This document shows, one piece after another, positions 16,901 through 21,313 of a DNA stretch of 21,313 bases. This DNA comes from an uncultured Clostridia bacterium (GTDB taxonomy: Bacteria; Bacillota; Clostridia; Christensenellales; Aristaeellaceae), in contig CALGBY010000108.1 in assembly GCA_937886445.1 (NCBI GenBank), forward strand, positions 1-21,313, in the 5' to 3' direction. A program made the translations under genes and the position numbers. The notes below the pieces were generated by a model that saw only the letters and a list, made by a program, of their open reading frames with translations, had not been told where the DNA came from and made no database searches. Positions within the stretch are counted from its first letter, which is position 1, and every line of letters begins with the position of its first letter.

Positions 16901-18931
16901 ATGAGTGAAGAAAGACAGAACGGCAGGTTTGTGCTGAAGGCACCCTACAGCGCGACAGGAGATCAGCCGCAGGCCATAGAGCAGCTGGCGGAGGGGATCA
17001 GGCAGGGGCTGCCCGCGCAGGTGCTTCTGGGTGTGACCGGAAGCGGAAAAACCTTTACGATGGCCTCGGTGATCGAAAAAGCCCAGCGGCCTACGCTGGT
17101 GATCGCTCACAACAAAACGCTGGCGGCGCAGCTGTGCGGGGAATTCCGCTCCTTTTTTCCGGACAGCGCGGTAGAGTATTTTGTAAGCTATTATGATTAT
17201 TACCAGCCGGAATCCTATATCGCGAGTACCGATACCTATATCGAAAAGGAGACCTCCGTCAACGAGGAGATCGACCGTTTGCGCCACAGCGCCACCGCGG
17301 CGCTGCGCGAGCGGCGGGATGTGATCATTGTGGCTTCGGTTTCCTGCATTTATTCGATGGGAGACCCCGAGGAATATGAGGGGCAGATGATCTCGCTGCG
17401 CCCCGGCATGAAAATGGAACAGACAGCACTGCTCAAAAGGCTGGTGGAGGTGCAGTACGAGCGCAATGATATCGGCTTTGACCGCGGTGATTTCCGCGTT
17501 CGCGGCGATACGGTGGAGGTGATCCCCGCCGGCAGCAGGGAAGACGGTATCCGTGTGGAGTTTTTCGGTGATGAGATCGACCGTATAACGGAATTCCGCG
17601 TCACCGACGGGCATACGCTGCGTACGGTACAGCACGCGATGATCTTTCCCGCCACCCATTATGCCACCGGTGTGATGGGCAGGGAGGATGCCCTTGCCGA
17701 GATCGAAAGGGATATGAACCTGCGCGCGAAGGAATTTGAGGAGGCGGACAAGCCGCTGGAGCATGAGCGCATCCTGCAGCGCACAAGGTATGATATTGAG
17801 ATGCTGCGTGAGATCGGCATGTGCCAGGGCATAGAGAACTACAGCCGGTACTTTGACGGCAGAAAGCCGGGAGACCCGCCCTTCAGCCTGCTGGACTATT
17901 TTCCGGATGATATGCTGATCATGATCGATGAAAGCCATGTCACGGTGCCGCAGATCCGCGCGATGTATGCCGGAGACCGGGCACGCAAGGAAATGCTTGT
18001 GGAATACGGCTTTCGTCTGCCCAGCGCCTTTGACAACCGACCGCTTACCTTTGATGAATTTGAGCAGAGGATGAAGCAGGTGATCTTTGTTTCCGCTACG
18101 CCCGGCCCCTATGAAAAGGAACATGCCTGCCGCGTTGCGGAACAGATCATTCGCCCCACCGGCCTGCTGGACCCGAAGATTGATGTCCGCCCCGCCACCG
18201 GACAGGTGGATGATCTGGTGGGCGAATTGCATACTACGGTGGAAAAGGGCTTCCGCGTGCTGGTCACCACGCTTACCAAGCGCATGGCGGAGAGCCTGAC
18301 CGGATATCTTGATGATATGGGCTTTCGCGTAAGGTATCTGCACAGCGAGATCCTGACGCTGGAAAGACAGAAGCTGATACGCGAACTGCGTACGGGTGAA
18401 TACGATATCCTGGTGGGCATCAACCTGCTGCGTGAGGGTCTGGACCTGCCCGAGGTGGGGCTGGTGGCCATTCTTGACGCGGATAAGGAGGGCTTTCTGC
18501 GCAGTGAGACCTCGCTTATCCAGACGGTGGGACGCGCCGCGCGCAACGCGGAGGGGCGCGTGATCATGTACGCCGACAAACCTACCGATTCCATGATGAA
18601 CGCCATTGAGGAGACCAACCGTCGCAGAAGCATACAGCAGCGCTACAATGAGGAGCACGGCATCACGCCGCAAAGCGTGAAGGCAGCGGTACACGCGCTG
18701 CTGGAGATCACCGACAAGGTGAGCGAGGAGATCACCGGCGATATGAAGGAGGAGGAGCGGCAGGCCCTGATCGCCTCTCTGGAGGATCAGATGCTTTCCG
18801 CCGCCGGAAATCTGGAATTTGAAAAGGCGGCCAAGCTGCGCGATCAGCTGCTGGCCCTGCGCGGGGAAGCCCCCGTTGATAAGCATCAGCCCTCCAGAAG
18901 ACGGAGAGAGCATTTGAAACACGGAAGATAA
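16901..18931 (+). CDS. uvrB: Excinuclease ABC subunit B
   Basis: Diagnostic UvrB sequence throughout: [20 protein letters not shown], Walker [28 protein letters not shown], helicase motifs [10 protein letters not shown] and QTVGRAARN, and the C-terminal UVR domain ([13 protein letters not shown]). The ATG at 16901 (GAGGA 8 nt upstream) gives the canonical N-terminus. The 16829 start lies in the promoter. Confidence 0.97.
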   Translation: MSEERQNGRFVLKAPYSATGDQPQAIEQLAEGIRQGLPAQVLLGVTGSGKTFTMASVIEKAQRPTLVIAHNKTLAAQLCGEFRSFFPDSAVEYFVSYYDYYQPESYIASTDTYIEKETSVNEEIDRLRHSATAALRERRDVIIVASVSCIYSMGDPEEYEGQMISLRPGMKMEQTALLKRLVEVQYERNDIGFDRGDFRVRGDTVEVIPAGSREDGIRVEFFGDEIDRITEFRVTDGHTLRTVQHAMIFPATHYATGVMGREDALAEIERDMNLRAKEFEEADKPLEHERILQRTRYDIEMLREIGMCQGIENYSRYFDGRKPGDPPFSLLDYFPDDMLIMIDESHVTVPQIRAMYAGDRARKEMLVEYGFRLPSAFDNRPLTFDEFEQRMKQVIFVSATPGPYEKEHACRVAEQIIRPTGLLDPKIDVRPATGQVDDLVGELHTTVEKGFRVLVTTLTKRMAESLTGYLDDMGFRVRYLHSEILTLERQKLIRELRTGEYDILVGINLLREGLDLPEVGLVAILDADKEGFLRSETSLIQTVGRAARNAEGRVIMYADKPTDSMMNAIEETNRRRSIQQRYNEEHGITPQSVKAAVHALLEITDKVSEEITGDMKEEERQALIASLEDQMLSAAGNLEFEKAAKLRDQLLALRGEAPVDKHQPSRRRREHLKHGR

Positions 18932-18938
18932 TGATCTG

Positions 18939-18980
18939 CCGCCGCGTTTGCCGGAAAGTGAACGCGGCGGTTTGCTTTTG
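18939..18980 (+). terminator. Rho-independent terminator of uvrB
   Basis: CCGCCGCGTT-tgccggaaagtg-AACGCGGCGG followed by TTTGCTTTTG. Confidence 0.8.
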
Positions 18981-19018
18981 CGACACGGCATGGCTGAGCC
19001 CTGCAGACGGATCATTTA

Positions 19019-19060
19019 CAAACATACATCGGTGCCTCCTCCGGAGGCTGGTTATCAGCC
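19019..19060 (+). repeat. Copy C of the conserved element (core only)
   Basis: CAAACATACATCGGTGCCTCCTCCGGAGG (19019-19047) matches copy B at 26 of 29 positions by my count. It is followed by a small hairpin GGCTG-gttat-CAGCC (19046-19060, its first two G shared with the core's terminal GG). No SD or start follows. Confidence 0.65.
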
Positions 19061-19338
19061 TGCTCTTTGCGCTGTGCCGCCTGATCCGGGCCGGCCCCGT
19101 AGTGATCCGTCCTTCCGCTTCCGCATGGTACTCTGTTTTCAAACACGCCGCCGTATTTGTATTCATCTGTTTTGCTCATAACCCATAAGCGGTTTTCTGT
19201 ATGAATAGCCGCGGACGGTACAGCCCGGAAGCGGGTGCAGACCGCGTGATCTGTCTGAAATTTCCGCAGCCGAAATTATGACAAAAAACTGTTGAAAAAA
19301 AGAGTGCACTGAAAGTGCATGTAACTCCTGTGTAATAC

Positions 19339-19367
19339 TTGAATATACATATTGAATGTGATATGAT
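19339..19367 (+). promoter_or_regulatory. Candidate extended -10 promoter for the Hpt/REC-HD-GYP pair
   Basis: TTGAAT (19339-19344), a 17-nt spacer, then TGaTATGAT (-10 at 19362-19367). It lies in the AT-rich stretch about 95 nt upstream of the ATG at 19460. Confidence 0.5.
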
Positions 19368-19459
19368 TGTGCGGTAAACAAACTGTGTATGATACTGTGT
19401 TGTGCCGGGCGTGACCGGCAGGTGTATTTTGACAAAAAAGTTTTGAGAGGACAGCCTGT

Positions 19460-19816
19460 ATGAAAGCAGAAATGTTCTATGCCGCGGTGGAGGGTGACTG
19501 GCAGGATGTGATGGGCCGCCTGATGAAGGAAGAGCGTGTGCTCAAGTTTCTCAGAAGGTTTGCTGCCGGTACGGAGATGAAGGATCTGGAGGATGCTCTT
19601 GCTCAGGAAAACTGGGAAGCCGCTTTCCGCGCCTCTCACACCCTGAAGGGTGTGGCAGCCAATCTGGGCCTGACCCAGCTGTATAAAAAGAGCAGCGAGC
19701 TGTGTGAAGAGCTGCGCCCCTGCGTAAAGCCTGCGAAGGATATTTCCGGCATGGCAGAGGCAGTAAGAAAGGATTACGCAAATACGGTGGCTCTGATCGG
19801 GGAGCTTGAGGGCTGA
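19460..19816 (+). CDS. Stand-alone histidine phosphotransfer (Hpt) domain protein
   Basis: Its 118 aa are predicted all-helical, with the Hpt signature around the phospho-His: AAFRASHTLKGVAANLGL. Confidence 0.85.
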   Translation: MKAEMFYAAVEGDWQDVMGRLMKEERVLKFLRRFAAGTEMKDLEDALAQENWEAAFRASHTLKGVAANLGLTQLYKKSSELCEELRPCVKPAKDISGMAEAVRKDYANTVALIGELEG

Positions 19817-19868
19817 CTGTATCGGCATCACAGAGTCTGAACAGCAGGAATGAGAAGAGGGTACATAT

Positions 19869-20981
19869 ATGACACGGGCTTTGATTGTTGAAGACAACAG
19901 CATGAACCGCGAAATATTATGTGAAATGCTGGAGGATGATTTTGAACTGGTCACCGCGGCCGACGGTGTGGAGGCGCTGGAAAGGATCGATGAGTACGGC
20001 ACCTCTCTTTCTGTTGTGCTGCTTGACCTTGTTATGCCGCGTCTGGACGGCTTCGGAGTGCTGAACGGCATCCGGGACCGCGGGCTCGCGGAGGATCTTC
20101 CTGTTCTCATCATCAGCGGTGAGGCCGTTGAGGCCGAACGGCGCTGCTTTGATTACGGCGTGTCGGATTTTATCCGCAAGCCCTTTGATGAACGCATCGT
20201 CAAGCGCCGCGTGAAAAACGCGAGCGATCTGGCCATATACCGCCGCCATCTGGAGGAAACGGTGGATCTGCAGACGCAGGAACTGCAAAAGCAGAACCGT
20301 CAGTTGGCGGAGCAGGCCGAGCAGCTGAAAAAGAGCAATATCAACATCATTGAGATCATGGGCAGCATCGTTGAAGCCCGCAACATGGAAAGCGGCCAGC
20401 ACATTCAGCGTGTGAAGCTGTATTCCGGCATTATCGGACGCACCCTGATGCGCCTCCATCCCGAATACGGCCTTACGGAGCAGGATGTGGAATTTATCAT
20501 GGCTGCCAGCCCCCTGCACGATGTGGGAAAGATCATGATCCCCGATGCCGTGCTGCTCAAGCCCGGCCGGTTTACTCCCGAGGAATGGGAGACCATGAAG
20601 GCGCATACGCTGATGGGCTGCGATCTGCTGAACCGCGTAAAATATATCTGGGATGAAAGCTACTACCGCATGAGCTGGGAGATCTGCCGCTGGCATCATG
20701 AAAAATATGACGGACGCGGCTATCCGGACGGTCTCGCGGGAGATGATATCCCCATTTCGGCGCAGATCGTGGCTGTTGCGGATGTATATGACGCGCTGGT
20801 GAATGAACGCCCGTACAAAAAGGCCTTCTCCAAGGAAAAAGCCTATGAAATGATCATCGGGGGAGAATGCGGCGCGTTCAACCCCAAGCTGATGGAATGC
20901 TTTACCGCCGCCCGCGAGGAAATGGAAAAATATGCGGGGGGGGGGGAACGAATTCTGACACCAAATGACGCAAATATGTAA
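19869..20981 (+). CDS. Response regulator with HD-GYP output domain (cyclic-di-GMP phosphodiesterase, RpfG family)
   Basis: REC domain: IVEDN..., phospho-acceptor context VVLLDLVMPRLDG, and KPFD. A coiled-coil linker follows. The HD-GYP domain has HIQRV, PLHDVGKIMIPD, HHEKYDGRGYPDGL and VADVYDAL. Confidence 0.93.
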   Translation: MTRALIVEDNSMNREILCEMLEDDFELVTAADGVEALERIDEYGTSLSVVLLDLVMPRLDGFGVLNGIRDRGLAEDLPVLIISGEAVEAERRCFDYGVSDFIRKPFDERIVKRRVKNASDLAIYRRHLEETVDLQTQELQKQNRQLAEQAEQLKKSNINIIEIMGSIVEARNMESGQHIQRVKLYSGIIGRTLMRLHPEYGLTEQDVEFIMAASPLHDVGKIMIPDAVLLKPGRFTPEEWETMKAHTLMGCDLLNRVKYIWDESYYRMSWEICRWHHEKYDGRGYPDGLAGDDIPISAQIVAVADVYDALVNERPYKKAFSKEKAYEMIIGGECGAFNPKLMECFTAAREEMEKYAGGGERILTPNDANM

Positions 20982-21045
20982 CAGTTCAGGCCTTTACCTC
21001 CGGCGGGGCATACAACCTCCGGCAGCGGCAGGGCGGTCTGCTTCG

Positions 21046-21074
21046 GCTCCGGCTTGCATGTCCGGAGCTTTTTG
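21046..21074 (+). terminator. Rho-independent terminator downstream of the HD-GYP gene
   Basis: GCTCCGG-cttgcatgt-CCGGAGC followed by TTTTTG (21069-21074). Confidence 0.75.
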
Positions 21075-21221
21075 TGTATCGCATTGTTCCGGCAGACATT
21101 TTGCTGGTGATATGATAAAATGAAAAGCGTCTTTATGATCAGGCTGCGGATGCGCAGACGAAATGCGGCCTGAGAGAGTACAGGCGGAAAAACCGTGTAC
21201 GGTCTGCTTATAAATTTCAAC

Positions 21222-21313
21222 CTTTTGGCCCGCCCTCCGGAAGAGGCACCGATGGGCTGGGGCTGTGAAAGAACATATTTCGTGTTCTTTCGCAGCTCCC
21301 TATTAGCATACAA
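21222..21313 (-). repeat. Copy D of the conserved element (hairpin plus core), at the window edge
   Basis: On the minus strand: GGGAGCTGCGAAAGAACA-cgaaata-TGTTCTTTCACAGCCCC (21300-21259), then AGCCCATCGGTGCCTCTTCCGGAGG (to 21234) and GCGGGCCAAAAGG. The core matches copy A at 24 of 26 aligned positions with one gap. Upstream of the hairpin, TTGTATGCTAATA resembles TTGTATAATAT of copy A. Confidence 0.65.

Noticed and set aside
16790-19015. 741-aa minus-strand ORF opposite uvrB.
   Set aside because: It is the mirror frame of a highly conserved gene. It has no SD or start context and a low-complexity composition.
19012-19179. Unlisted 55-aa minus-strand ORF (MSKTDEYKYGGVFENRVPCGSGRTDHYGAGPDQAAQRKEQADNQPPEEAPMYVCK*).
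   Set aside because: It has protein-like codon usage but only a weak SD (GGG). Its 3' end is simply the reverse of repeat copy C; the same PPEEAPM-type reading appears at non-coding copies B and D. I keep it as unresolved rather than call a gene.
19163-20113. 316-aa minus-strand ORF spanning the AT-rich promoter region, the Hpt gene and the REC domain.
   Set aside because: It crosses an intergenic promoter region, is Ser-rich low complexity, and lies antisense to two well-supported genes.
21130-21260. Possible known riboswitch: the CUGAGAG of the TPP riboswitch, the AGAGAGUA of T-box stem I, and glycine-like GGAAGAG...CACCGAUGGG.
   Set aside because: Only short sub-strings match. The obligatory partner motifs are absent: ACCUGAUCUGGAUAAUGCCAGCG for TPP, the T-box GGGUGGUACCGCG, and the glycine CACCGAAGGGGCAA with its P2 stem.
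20843-21313. 156-aa minus-strand ORF open at the window edge.
   Set aside because: It overlaps the 3' end of the HD-GYP gene, a terminator and repeat copy D. It has no protein-like features.

Overview
This is a GC-rich chromosomal segment whose gene content and codon style suggest a Clostridia (Oscillospiraceae/Ruminococcaceae-like) anaerobe; that assignment is inference only. I can support 17 protein-coding genes. They are: the 3' part of a BceR/OmpR-type response regulator; a chimeric ORF (BceS-like sensor N-terminus fused to a GH10-like C-terminal fragment); a small Pol-beta-type nucleotidyltransferase; a phosphohexomutase followed by a GH3 beta-xylosidase/glucosidase; a YwaF-like membrane protein translationally coupled to an AlaX-L tRNA-editing protein; a secreted cadherin-like-domain protein; a five-gene minus-strand cell-envelope operon (GT-C-like membrane transferase, 73-aa protein, GtrA, L,D-transpeptidase with four PG-binding domains, secreted SGNH hydrolase); a CE1-type esterase; uvrB; and a stand-alone Hpt protein followed by a REC-HD-GYP phosphodiesterase. 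I saw no rRNA, tRNA, CRISPR array, transposase/integrase or recognisable defence genes. The most unusual signal is non-coding. A conserved intergenic element (variable hairpin plus core CA-N3-CATCGGTGCCTC-N-T(C)CGGAGG) occurs four times. Two full-length copies form the 5' leaders of the envelope operon and of the secreted-protein gene. Two further copies sit in convergent orientation on either side of the Hpt/HD-GYP (c-di-GMP turnover) module. I could not match it to any riboswitch or leader family I know. The many long ORFs antisense to the real genes are GC-driven shadow ORFs.
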